64,000 nt of DNA from a virus: IMG/VR virus record IMGVR_UViG_3300025696_000001, positions 1 to 64,000 of that record; one strand, 5' to 3'. This document shows, in pieces, positions 9,301 to 19,200 of this stretch. Position 1 is the first letter of the stretch. Every line of letters begins with the position of its first letter. The translations under genes were made by a program, and so were the position numbers. Under the pieces are notes generated by a model. The model ran no database searches. It had not been told where the DNA came from and worked only from the letters and a program-made list of their open reading frames with translations.

Positions 9301-10297
9301 AATCATTGATAGCTGGACAGATCTTCTTATCAATGAAACAATGGATCTTGATGGTAAATATGGTTCCATTAATGGTACAATTAATTTTAAGGACCAAATA
9401 TTTACATTTCAAGATAAAGCAGTAGCTGCATTGTCTATCAATCCACGTGTACAAACTCAAGCTTCCGATGGACTTTCACTGGAACTTGGTACAGGTAGGG
9501 TATTACAAGACTATCAATATATAACTACTAACTCAGGTTCAATCAATAAGTGGGGAATAATAGCTGGAAACAAAGGATTTTATTATTATGATGCATTGAA
9601 TAAAGCATTATATAGATCACCTGATTCAACACAAGTTAGCCTTTCTGATATGAAGGGAATGAGGAGTTATTTTGATAAATATCATCAACATGATATTATG
9701 ATAGTAGATAATCCATTAAAACAAAAAGGTGTATTATTGGGATACGATAACTATAACAAAGATGTATACATTACAATACATGGTCCAGGATTACAGAAAA
9801 CACTTACCTTTAGTGAAAAGAGTGATCAATTTATAGATGAAAAATTATATTATCCTAAATTATATATAGATTCTTCTCATAAGTTTATGGGATCTGAAGA
9901 TATAAGTAATGTACATAAACACTATGAGGGAAGGTATAATGAATACTATGAAAGAAATATAGATTCATCAATAACTCTTATGATCAATCCTGAAGCTGAT
10001 CTAGATTGTATATTCAATAATATAATATTTAAATCACAGGTAAGTGAAGGTCCAAGAGATCAACCTGATAAAACTATAACCTATATAAGAGCCTACAACG
10101 AATATCAAGATAGTGGTGTTGTTCCATTAACCAACAGAGTTAATATAGCACGTAAGTTTAGAGATTGGAAAGCTTTGATACCAAGGGATGGAAGAGATAG
10201 AATGAGAAATCCATGGTTGTTTTTAGAACTTGGATTTGAAAATGAAGAGAATTTAAAACTAGTATTGCACGATTTGAACGTGCTCTATACTATTTAA
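6359..10297 (+). CDS. Large tail protein (1312 aa), possibly crAss 'muzzle'-like by position
   Basis: Uninterrupted 3.9-kb ORF. N/S/T/Y-rich, beta-rich composition. No catalytic motif seen. Confidence 0.6.
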   Translation: MPIKSAKYTYGGMNQDQSRSKHNPSLYFEGKHIRITSEDSQTTGSVVNEKGTKKVFSIPNDLSINTIGKVITYNDKSISYKNSKIDNLIVSNNHLIIGSVVTKNSIILITNSGSIDCIWEVKNIYDNTYNIELLYIGNLEMSIDNPVQIIYNYENEINEKIYWVDGKNQLRFLNLRHSIENGDKENLIDLDDDLINTVGNISMSQPVVTGLSQGGIHTSGMVQYAYNLYKTNLSQSTLSPFTPLIPLSKGLYTKGGNVNEIVGTIPILQIPNIDSSYTNIKVYAIKYTSLNEDPSVSLIADRAIPDNNFVTIYDDGNVISNLSIEEFAFLGSDPIVPKHIESKDNQLFLFNTKEQSYSIKGLDTRAYSFNSSGSSSLATSQNPIVNGKPSGAFTQVPTTYTINPTHDSINPDYSVFKYQKNGTVLGGEGKYLKYELSTTNLNNGLNQYLKSNEIYRISIEFYNKKGQRSLPEWIADFIAPDNNLNNKFNTLTLTLKPEFYTFINSLNEDERPVGYKVLRADRTISDRTILCQGPINGMIANKIDSSQKWYPGKSGFPEILFDQQVVKYPSLIRTFDDVKPILRNTDYLPLAYANHTDTGFDRLGGAADSEGFKNQDPNGRRGQLFQFNKLMQMYSPDILFNNVVPDRSYDLNIKGIKESSSNQAWNAEINTISKEVVNSSKIDNGVTHFTPGATLTPIVGSPAGPSDRGIFSPAGRDNVNNYFQFYREFNGSFESSNRSYNIYGSPEVQVLGQGIESYNSDSEFRYSNNYQTILQDRNVQGANSNSINSITFAEGPDEVSFPNNQRKSLDQIYNECNFNITNGIIIAELKKPESYIYEGNVYGGNNYEAKRRTDYIEIGNYKNIADSTNVINSPGDTYVSNFTFTKISKDDVDLVDNTKYQITEIVSLPLETTVDLKNRNDNSRDQWDATFQPEYDDFQKYNRVYSQKNNIFKRRNVDANFKEVKEFGTTILASKKKIAGEIIDSWTDLLINETMDLDGKYGSINGTINFKDQIFTFQDKAVAALSINPRVQTQASDGLSLELGTGRVLQDYQYITTNSGSINKWGIIAGNKGFYYYDALNKALYRSPDSTQVSLSDMKGMRSYFDKYHQHDIMIVDNPLKQKGVLLGYDNYNKDVYITIHGPGLQKTLTFSEKSDQFIDEKLYYPKLYIDSSHKFMGSEDISNVHKHYEGRYNEYYERNIDSSITLMINPEADLDCIFNNIIFKSQVSEGPRDQPDKTITYIRAYNEYQDSGVVPLTNRVNIARKFRDWKALIPRDGRDRMRNPWLFLELGFENEENLKLVLHDLNVLYTI

Positions 10298-10358
10298 TCA
10301 TATAAAATAACCTATATAAAATTAGGTTAATATAAATTAAAACAATATATTTGTAGTT

Positions 10359-12095
10359 ATGCCAGATACAGTAAATAAATATGATAGCCTTTATCAAGAA
10401 ATGTTATCAAACATAGTAAAAGAAAAAGGTGGTTCACCTGAGATTTATAACAATCTACTCAATAAGATTGGATTTATGGAATCAGGTCTTGATCCTACTA
10501 TAAAGCAACGTAGTGGAGGTCCAGGAAGAGGTAAATACCAATTTGAGACAGGTATGGGTTATGAAAAAGCTTATGACAGTGATGGTAATCACAAACCTGG
10601 TCATTTTAAAGGTACAAGTAATAGAATATTTTATTCTGCTGTTCGTACCAAAAACTATCTTAAAACACTAGGTAAGAAAATTCCAGACTATATAAACAAT
10701 ATAATAGACAATGAAACTGGTGATGCAAGTACCTTATCAGAATCTCAACAAGATATACTAGCTTTGGGAGACTTGAGAATGGGTAAGGTTGATTTATCAG
10801 ATTATGCAAGTGGTAATTTATCTGGTAAAGACATATATATAAATAACTGGTGGGCTGGTAATGATTCTGAGCATAGAGAAAAACTAAATAAAAGATGGGA
10901 TAGTAGAGATGCTGATTTTAAAAATACCTCTCATTATCAACCAACAGAAAAAGATTATCAACCCAAAATGAGTCAGAATGATAAATCATCAATGGCTATA
11001 CAACAACCTTTTACACAACAATCCAGTAATCAACAGTCTCAAAGACCAATGATTGATGATAGGGTATCATCTCCTGAATTTACAAAAGGTAAATTTGATG
11101 AGTTTTTAAATGAAAGATTTAATAAAATAAATCAAAAACCAGCTATCTCAAGTCAAGCAAAGGGTACAGAAATGGCACAAGGTGGAATGCTTAATCATTT
11201 TAAAGGTGGTGGTACACATGAACAAAATCCTCTTGGAGGAATACCTCAAGGTATGGGAGCCAATGGTGCGCCCAATACTGTTGAAGAAGATGAGACAAGT
11301 TATGATTTTCCAGAAGGTAAGTTCATATTTAGTAATAGAATATTTACAGATGGTAAAGGGTCTTTTAGTAACACCACCTCTAACAAAATGGCTGATGGTG
11401 GTAAGCTTAATAGCAACTGTGGAGGTAAAGGGCAACCTCCTTGTAAAGATCCAAAACAATGGACTTTAGACTACATAAGCTCTGACAAATATAAAAATAG
11501 ACTTGTTAATTCAGGCTATGATAATGTTGATAATCTGATTAAAAAAAGAAAAAACAAAGTACAAAATGTAAAAATAAAAAATCAAGAAAGAGAACCTGAT
11601 TTTTTAGATAAGGTTTTAAATACATTAAAAGGGGAAGACTACACTGATGGTACAAGTAGGTATAATTATGATAAGAATAGTATAATTCTTGATAAAAAAC
11701 AAATTAAAAAATTAAATGCTAAATCAGAAAACGTGGAGGCTCATGAAATAGCCCATGCAGAAAGCAGTTTATTTGATAAAAATATATCTTTGAATAAATA
11801 CGATAAAGATCAAATAAAAAAAAGATATAGCAAAAGATATTTTGAATTTTATAAAAAAAATAAGCATAATTCAAGTCCACACGAAGTAAAAGCAGACCTT
11901 AATGCACTTAAATACCAATTATATAAAGAGGGAATAGACTTGGATAAAAATGATTTTACTAAAGAAATGCTTTATCAAACCGATAATAAGTTTATAATGA
12001 AAAGACTTTGGGACAAGTTTGAAGAGGAAGATCTAGTTTGGTTAATGAACAATATAGCTAGCAATGAAAAACCTAAAAAAAATAATATAGCATAA
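10359..12095 (+). CDS. Ejected/internal virion protein with SLT-like N-terminus and a zincin HExxH motif
   Basis: FMESGLDPTIKQRSGGPGRGKYQFE is lytic-transglycosylase-like (E-S ... Q). HEIAH at 11742-11756. Gly-rich linkers. CGGKGQPPCK motif is shared with the next gene. Confidence 0.5.
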   Translation: MPDTVNKYDSLYQEMLSNIVKEKGGSPEIYNNLLNKIGFMESGLDPTIKQRSGGPGRGKYQFETGMGYEKAYDSDGNHKPGHFKGTSNRIFYSAVRTKNYLKTLGKKIPDYINNIIDNETGDASTLSESQQDILALGDLRMGKVDLSDYASGNLSGKDIYINNWWAGNDSEHREKLNKRWDSRDADFKNTSHYQPTEKDYQPKMSQNDKSSMAIQQPFTQQSSNQQSQRPMIDDRVSSPEFTKGKFDEFLNERFNKINQKPAISSQAKGTEMAQGGMLNHFKGGGTHEQNPLGGIPQGMGANGAPNTVEEDETSYDFPEGKFIFSNRIFTDGKGSFSNTTSNKMADGGKLNSNCGGKGQPPCKDPKQWTLDYISSDKYKNRLVNSGYDNVDNLIKKRKNKVQNVKIKNQEREPDFLDKVLNTLKGEDYTDGTSRYNYDKNSIILDKKQIKKLNAKSENVEAHEIAHAESSLFDKNISLNKYDKDQIKKRYSKRYFEFYKKNKHNSSPHEVKADLNALKYQLYKEGIDLDKNDFTKEMLYQTDNKFIMKRLWDKFEEEDLVWLMNNIASNEKPKKNNIA

Positions 12096-13900
12096 TGAAA
12101 AATAAAAAACAAAATTTAATAAAACAATTCAATTTACCTAAATATATTAAAGGTAAATCATTTGCTGATGCATCTAAAGCTATTGAAAGTAAGTTTGAAG
12201 GACTTAATGATAAAGCAGCTAAAGATACCAAGCAAGCTCTTATGCAACGTCTTGCTGATATGCAAGAATATGTTAAAGAACAACAAGCACCAAGTCAAGA
12301 ACAATATGTAAACCCAATGCAAACACAAATGGCAATGGGTGGTTTTGATCCTACATCAATGCTTATTGAAAAAGGTATTCAAACAGCTCAAGGTCTTACC
12401 ACTGGAGCTATTGATGCTTTTGGTAAAACAAACATAGATACTTCAGGTAATCAACAATATCAAAAAGAAAAAGTTGACTTTGCTGGTGCTGGTATGAATA
12501 TGCTTTCAGGAGATCCTTCTGCTGGAATGCAGTTGTTGGGTAATATAGTAGGTGTAGGTAAAGCAAATAAAGATATTATACAAGCCAATAAAAATTTTGA
12601 AGTTGGTTCAGCAATGAAAAACATAAATTCATTTGGAATGGGTGGATCTACTGAATGTGGTGGTCCAGGACAACCTCCTTGTAAACAAAGACTTACTTCA
12701 GCACCAAAAGAAATTCAAGGTCAAGTAGATCAAAAAGCATTAGATCATCTAAATAAAGAATCAGGTGTAGGTTTTGATATGGAAACTGCACGTAGATTGT
12801 TTTATACACCAGAGTATGATGATCCTAAAGTACCTGAAATTAACTATGGTAAATATAAAGACGTAGGATATTTTGATGCATCTCTTACAGGTAATGGATT
12901 ACAGGTAAGTCCTACCAGTAAGAATCCACAAAATGCTAGAGGTTTTAGACAACAAATGGATTATATAAAAGGTTTGAATAAAGATATAGATTTTAATGAT
13001 ACTCAATATACTGATTTTCAAAATAGAAAAGCAATGGGTGGATTTCAAAATGATAAAGATCCTAGATTTTTAGATTTAAATGTTAATCAAACAAATCCAG
13101 AAGGTATAATAAGAATAGAACCTACTGAATCAATAGGTAATTCTTTTGAACTAAGAAATGGTAATATGAATATAGATAATACTAAATCTTCTGATAGTAA
13201 ATTGAATAAAGCTGATCTAAGTGGAATTGCAGATTTTGGTAAAAGTGCTTTAAGATATGCACCAGCACTCATGAATGCATTTCAATTAGCCAATATGGAA
13301 AAACCAGAGGTAGAAACCAGACAAAAAATGAACAGTAAATATAATCCTCAGTTAGTAGATGAAGAAAGAATTCAAAGATCTATAGCAGCTAACCAAGGTA
13401 ATACCAGTAGAAGTTTACAGAACGTTGCTAATGGATCTAAAGGATTTGTAGCAGCTAACATGCTTGGATCAGATATTAATACATCTAAAGCAATTGGTCA
13501 ATCTGCTGTAGCTGCTCAAGCACAGAATAATGCACAACTTCAATATGGTCAACAGTTTGATAGACAAGCTGATCAATTTAATATTAGTCAAAATAATCTC
13601 GAACAAGATCTTACTGATAGAAACAAAGGTGTATATGATACTAATAAATCAACACTACTTAGTCAAATTGGTAATGATTTAGGTGCTATAGGTAAAGAAG
13701 AATTATTTAAGCAATATCCTGTAATGATGGGTAAGAACTATAAATGGAATGGAGAGTATTTTGTAAATGATAAAGGTGATAAAAAAACAAAAGAAGAAGC
13801 TGCTGCAATAGAGGCTAAAGGTAATCAATCATCTATGGGTGGTTATCAATCTACTTTTAATGATCACATGAACATGTTAATGAATCCAAAAAAGAAGTAA
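12095..13900 (+). CDS. Ejected/internal virion ('cargo'-like) protein
   Basis: 601-aa ORF with a TAATG overlap upstream. Repeated M-x-GG motifs and CGGPGQPPCK. Q/N-rich. Confidence 0.55.
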   Translation: MKNKKQNLIKQFNLPKYIKGKSFADASKAIESKFEGLNDKAAKDTKQALMQRLADMQEYVKEQQAPSQEQYVNPMQTQMAMGGFDPTSMLIEKGIQTAQGLTTGAIDAFGKTNIDTSGNQQYQKEKVDFAGAGMNMLSGDPSAGMQLLGNIVGVGKANKDIIQANKNFEVGSAMKNINSFGMGGSTECGGPGQPPCKQRLTSAPKEIQGQVDQKALDHLNKESGVGFDMETARRLFYTPEYDDPKVPEINYGKYKDVGYFDASLTGNGLQVSPTSKNPQNARGFRQQMDYIKGLNKDIDFNDTQYTDFQNRKAMGGFQNDKDPRFLDLNVNQTNPEGIIRIEPTESIGNSFELRNGNMNIDNTKSSDSKLNKADLSGIADFGKSALRYAPALMNAFQLANMEKPEVETRQKMNSKYNPQLVDEERIQRSIAANQGNTSRSLQNVANGSKGFVAANMLGSDINTSKAIGQSAVAAQAQNNAQLQYGQQFDRQADQFNISQNNLEQDLTDRNKGVYDTNKSTLLSQIGNDLGAIGKEELFKQYPVMMGKNYKWNGEYFVNDKGDKKTKEEAAAIEAKGNQSSMGGYQSTFNDHMNMLMNPKKK

Positions 13901-13901
13901 A

Positions 13902-16277
13902 ATGAACAACAGATATAGTAGAGTACAACCAAGTCAATTTGATCCATTATCTTTACAAGAGATTATGGCAGTGCCACTTGCTAGACAAAAAACTCATGAT
14001 AATAGTTTAAAAGCTATAGATGAATTAGGTTTGTTTGAACTTAATAGACTTCAAAAAGATGATCCTGCAGCTAGTGATTTTATAAATAATTATACGGGCG
14101 AACTTCAGTCACAAGCAGATCAAATACTTGAAAAAGGTGTTAATCAATCCACAATGCGTGAAATGATGAAACTTAAGAATAAGAGGGATAACTTTTTACA
14201 GAATGATGGTAAAAAGATGGAAACTGCCTATAATAAAAGAATGGAAGATGAAAAAATTCTTAAATCTCAAATAGGTAAAAATGGAATGACTGCTGAAAGA
14301 GTGCAAGAAATTCTTAAGTATGGAATGGATCAATATCAAGGTATAGGAAAAGGACAATATGAATCCTATTATGGAGCTGGTCAAGTTGATGCGGGAGCAT
14401 TAGCAGATGAAGTTGGTAAGTCTATGCCTGAAAACTCAAGTACTTCTCATCAAGGATTAACTCCTTATCAAACACCAGATGGTCAAATGTTTTATAAATA
14501 TGCAAATACAGAAATTGCATCTAGAGACCCTTTTAGAATAGGAGCTGATGGTTCAATAAGTCAGGCGGGTCTTGTTAGACAGAATATTACACAGAGATTA
14601 ATGTCAAATCCTGAATTACAGGCTGATATAAATCACATGAAAAAGATTAACCCTAATTTTAATGAAGCTGAATATTTAAAACCTATAATTGACAATGCTG
14701 AAAATGTATGGCAGGCTGTGCAAGAAAAAACTTCTAATAATTATATGAATGCTCCTAGAGAAGCTGCTGGATCAAGACCTTCTAGTAAAAATGATGAAAA
14801 TAGTGGTTCAGGTATTGCAGAACAAGTAAGTAAAACACAATTTTATAGTCAATATAATGATTATTCAGATTTAGCAAAAAAAGCTAAACAAGATGAAAAA
14901 AATGGTGTTACTTCAAACGAAACTAGAGCTTATAAACAATTCGAACAAACATTCAAAAATACAGACTTTTATAAAAGAAAACAAGAACGAATGGTTTCTG
15001 ATATAATGAAAAATACAAATAATAATCTTTCATTAAATGATGTTACATCATTAATAGATGCACCTACTGCTAAAATACAAAAACTTAGTGATGGTAATTA
15101 TTATATGAAAAGTCCTGTTGATAATAAGGTAGCTAGAATAAGTCAAGAATTTATAGATGAGCAAATAAATAAAACAGATGCTAAATCTTTTGAAGAAATA
15201 GATTATAGAAATGTATTTACGGATAAAGGTGTTGTTAAAATGAGAGGTATAGATAATCAGAATGAATTTATTGCTAATCTTAATAATAATGATCTTAAAG
15301 ATATAGAAAATTATAAAATGGCTGAATATGAAAAATTTGCAAGCCCAGAAACAGCATTTATATTTACAGATATGAAACCGTCTGAAAGAACTGCTATGAA
15401 TGATAATCTTAAAAATACACTTTGGAATTCAGTAAATAATTTTGAATTACTAGAAATAGAAACAAGTGACGTAGAAGGAGAGGCTTTAGATATAGAATCT
15501 GAATTTTATGACCAGGATTCAAGTGAAAAAAGTAAGATGAAAATATCTAGATTAATGGATCAATCGGATAAACTCGAATTTGTAAATACAGGAGTTGATA
15601 ATAGAACAAATAAACCTTATGTAAGGGTTAAATTTAATAGAAAAAATGATGATGGTGAGGATAATGGTTATGTCGTAAAAGTTGGTATAGATAGTCTTAC
15701 AGGTAAGTCAGGAATACAAAGTGGAGAATCTGAGATACTTAGATTACTTAAAAAACACGGTGGAGCAGCAGGAGAAAAAGTAGCTGAAAGACTTCAACAA
15801 AAAATTATATATCAAAATGAAAATATAAATTATAGACAAGACGAATTTAATTCTACATCATCATATGTAAAAGATAGTTTAATGTCTTATAATATGAATA
15901 CTAAATTTAAATCAATATTTGGAGATGAATTTGATGTAAATTTATATGAAAATGAAGATGGTAAATATGTAATGCAAGGTAAAGGAAGAGGTCAGAAAGA
16001 AGGTAATTTCGTATCATGGAATGATGTAGTATCTCCCAAAAATATAAAGTTAAATCAAGAAAATCTTTCTAGTAGAGATGCTTCTATTCAAACAGCTATG
16101 ATGCAATATGCTATTGAAAATGAAGTTTTACAAACTTCTGATATCATGTTACCAAATGGTCAATATAATACTAGAGCAATTGAACAAGCATTTAATGATA
16201 TAATAGAAAATCCAGATCTTCATAAATTAGTATTAGGAGATAAATATTTACTTTATGATATGTTAAAAGATTACTAA
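13902..16277 (+). CDS. Large virion protein (791 aa), unknown function
   Basis: Uninterrupted ORF tightly coupled to both neighbours. Confidence 0.6.
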   Translation: MNNRYSRVQPSQFDPLSLQEIMAVPLARQKTHDNSLKAIDELGLFELNRLQKDDPAASDFINNYTGELQSQADQILEKGVNQSTMREMMKLKNKRDNFLQNDGKKMETAYNKRMEDEKILKSQIGKNGMTAERVQEILKYGMDQYQGIGKGQYESYYGAGQVDAGALADEVGKSMPENSSTSHQGLTPYQTPDGQMFYKYANTEIASRDPFRIGADGSISQAGLVRQNITQRLMSNPELQADINHMKKINPNFNEAEYLKPIIDNAENVWQAVQEKTSNNYMNAPREAAGSRPSSKNDENSGSGIAEQVSKTQFYSQYNDYSDLAKKAKQDEKNGVTSNETRAYKQFEQTFKNTDFYKRKQERMVSDIMKNTNNNLSLNDVTSLIDAPTAKIQKLSDGNYYMKSPVDNKVARISQEFIDEQINKTDAKSFEEIDYRNVFTDKGVVKMRGIDNQNEFIANLNNNDLKDIENYKMAEYEKFASPETAFIFTDMKPSERTAMNDNLKNTLWNSVNNFELLEIETSDVEGEALDIESEFYDQDSSEKSKMKISRLMDQSDKLEFVNTGVDNRTNKPYVRVKFNRKNDDGEDNGYVVKVGIDSLTGKSGIQSGESEILRLLKKHGGAAGEKVAERLQQKIIYQNENINYRQDEFNSTSSYVKDSLMSYNMNTKFKSIFGDEFDVNLYENEDGKYVMQGKGRGQKEGNFVSWNDVVSPKNIKLNQENLSSRDASIQTAMMQYAIENEVLQTSDIMLPNGQYNTRAIEQAFNDIIENPDLHKLVLGDKYLLYDMLKDY

Positions 16278-19200
16278 TGAATAAAAATTTAAAACATTTA
16301 AACGCAGTTGTAACAAAAGCAACTACATCACCAAATAATAACTTACCTGACCCTATAAAACAAAAAAATATAGGTTCAATGTTATCTAAACTTAATGGTG
16401 TTGATATTGATAGTGCTCAGAAGTCTAAAAATATAGGAACAGAATATAATGAAGATTTTATAGATGAAGATTGGTTATCTTATACCGATTCATCTATAAA
16501 TTTAGATGAATTGAGAGCACAAAGACAGTCTAACTTTTCTAAAACAATGTCAGGTCTTGGTAGAGTAGGTGCTAAAGTAGCAGCTGAAGTAGCTAAAATG
16601 CCAGGTATGGTAGGTGGTTTAATTGCTTCACCTTTCTCTAAAGCACCTGCCGTTGAAACTATATTTAATAATGCTTGGATTAATTCAATAGAAGATGCTA
16701 ATGAATATGTTAATAATGAATATTTACCTGTTTATATTAAAGATTCCGTAAAAAATGGTAATATTATAGATAATCTTACATCAATAGACTTTTGGGCAAC
16801 AGAAGGAGCTGATGGTGTAGGATATATAGCATCTATGTTTGTTCCAGGTGCAGTTCTTAAAGGATTAGGTGCTGGTAAAGTAGCAATGAAAGGATTGTCA
16901 AAAGCATCTAAAGGAATGTTTAAAACAGCTGATTCTGCACAAGATGCACTTAAAGCAATAGGAGCTACTGAAAACAATTTAAATGCATTTAATGCTACTA
17001 TAGCAAATACATTCTTTGAAGCAGGAGCTGAAGCTGGTGGAGCAATGGATGCATATGAACAAGGTCAGTTACAAAAGTTACAATCTGGAGAAATAACCCA
17101 AGAACAATTTGATAAAAACCTGGAAACTAAAGCTGATATAGGTAGAAATATATTCTGGTCTAACGTAGGTATTCTTGTTGGTCCAAATATGATTACTAAT
17201 AAAATACTATATGGTGCTAAAAAAGGTAAATTAGGAATAGATGCATTTAAAGATGAGGCTGGTAAATTTTCAATAAATTCAGTTAAAAAAGGAGTAAAAA
17301 AGAAAACTTTAGATTACACAGGAGAGTTTGCTAAAGGATTTGTACGTGAAGGTTTCTGGGAAGAAGCAATGCAAAGTTCTGTCGAGCATATGTTTTTAGA
17401 GAATGCAAATGGTAATGATATAGGTTTATTTGATTCATATATACATACACTTACTTCCGTAGAGGGACAGAAAGCAATTGCATTAGGAGGACTTTTAGGA
17501 GGTCCAATGAATGTATATGGTAAATATTCCCAGGATAAAGCTACAGACGCTAAAAGAAAGGCTATAGCTCCTCATATGGAAAATATGATAGAGTTGTTTA
17601 CAATGAGTCCATCACAAATATTTGACGTAGATCAAGAAACTGGTAAACGTACTATAAAACCTAAATACGCAATTAAGTATGGAGAGGAAATAAAGAAGGT
17701 AGAAGAAATAGAAAGTTTTTATGATAAAATCCAAGCTTATAAAGAAAAAAATGGAGGTAAGCTTCCAGCTAATATAAAAGCAGTTGCTGATGCAAGGGAA
17801 AATAAATTTATATCAGCTATGATTCTTCCTTTTATAACAGAAGGAGAACAAGGTATTCAAATACTTAAAAAAGCACTTGAAGCTAATGAAGATATTCAAA
17901 AGAAAGTAGATGAAACTAATGAAATATTAGATATAAAAGAAACTAAAGGTGAAAGGGTAGCTAAGATTGTAAAACAAGCTGAACAAATGCAAGATGATTA
18001 TTCTAAATCATCTGAATACTTGAAGTTTTTTACACCTGTAAATAGAAAAGGAGCTAATCAACAAGATCTTGACAGTTTTTACAATCAAATGAATATGTTG
18101 GAAACTGTTACAAAACAAAATAAAAGGTTTCTTGAGGAAAATAAAATAAAAATTGAACAAGAAGTATCTAATATAGAATTTGAATCTTTAAAAAAGTTTC
18201 AAAATAAAACTACTATATCTAAAAATAAGTATAATAAAATATTTAAGGGATTAAGAGGTACTAATAAAAAACAATTTACTGATTATCAACAAGAGAATGA
18301 CGGATTTAATAGTCAAGAATCTTTTCTTGAATGGTATAAAAATCAAAATGATGGTGTAATATATAAAAATAAAATAGAAGAAATAGAATCTATTTCTAAT
18401 GCATTATCACAACAATATGATATACTTGAAACTCTTTATGATAAAAAAGAACTTCAAAAAGCTTTTGATTATAAAGTAAGTAAAGAAAATCAACAACAAG
18501 AAGAACTTAAAGAAAAAGAAGCTGAAGCTGCTAAACAAGAAGCTGAAGCTAAAGAAAATATAGAAGAAGAAATAATAACTGAAGACAATAAAGCTAAAAA
18601 AGTAGAAGAAAATAAACAAACTGCTGCTAAAAAGAAAAAAGTATTTAAAGAGATTAATGATAATAATAAAGCATATGATTACTTTATGAGTATCTTTAAA
18701 TCTTCAAGTATTAATACTCAAACTGAACCTATAGATTCGGTAATGGTAAGTATTCTTAATAATTTAAATCTTGATCTTAATGGTATTGAAAATGATAATA
18801 TTATTACTTATCGAAAAAACGATGACAATTCAATTGAAGTTGAAATAATGAACAGTGGATATAAGTCCATTGATAAAGCTGTAATTGAGAAGAGAGAAAT
18901 TAAAGAAGAAACTCCTACTGTTAACAAAGAAGAAGATACTGTTGACAATACCACTAATGATAATTTAGATGAAGGTAGTTCTGAAACTAATAAGGATATA
19001 TCAAATAGTATAAATAATGAACCTCAAGTTAAAAATCTTGATGGAAGTATATTACATTCTAAGTTAGTAGATTCAAAAGATAATGAATTTGCTGATGAAG
19101 CTTTTTTTGCTTATTCTGAAACACCCAGAGATAAAAAAGGTGAAGAGGTAACATTTAAGCTAGGTGTACCTGGTAATAATACTAAAGCACAAGAAGCTTT

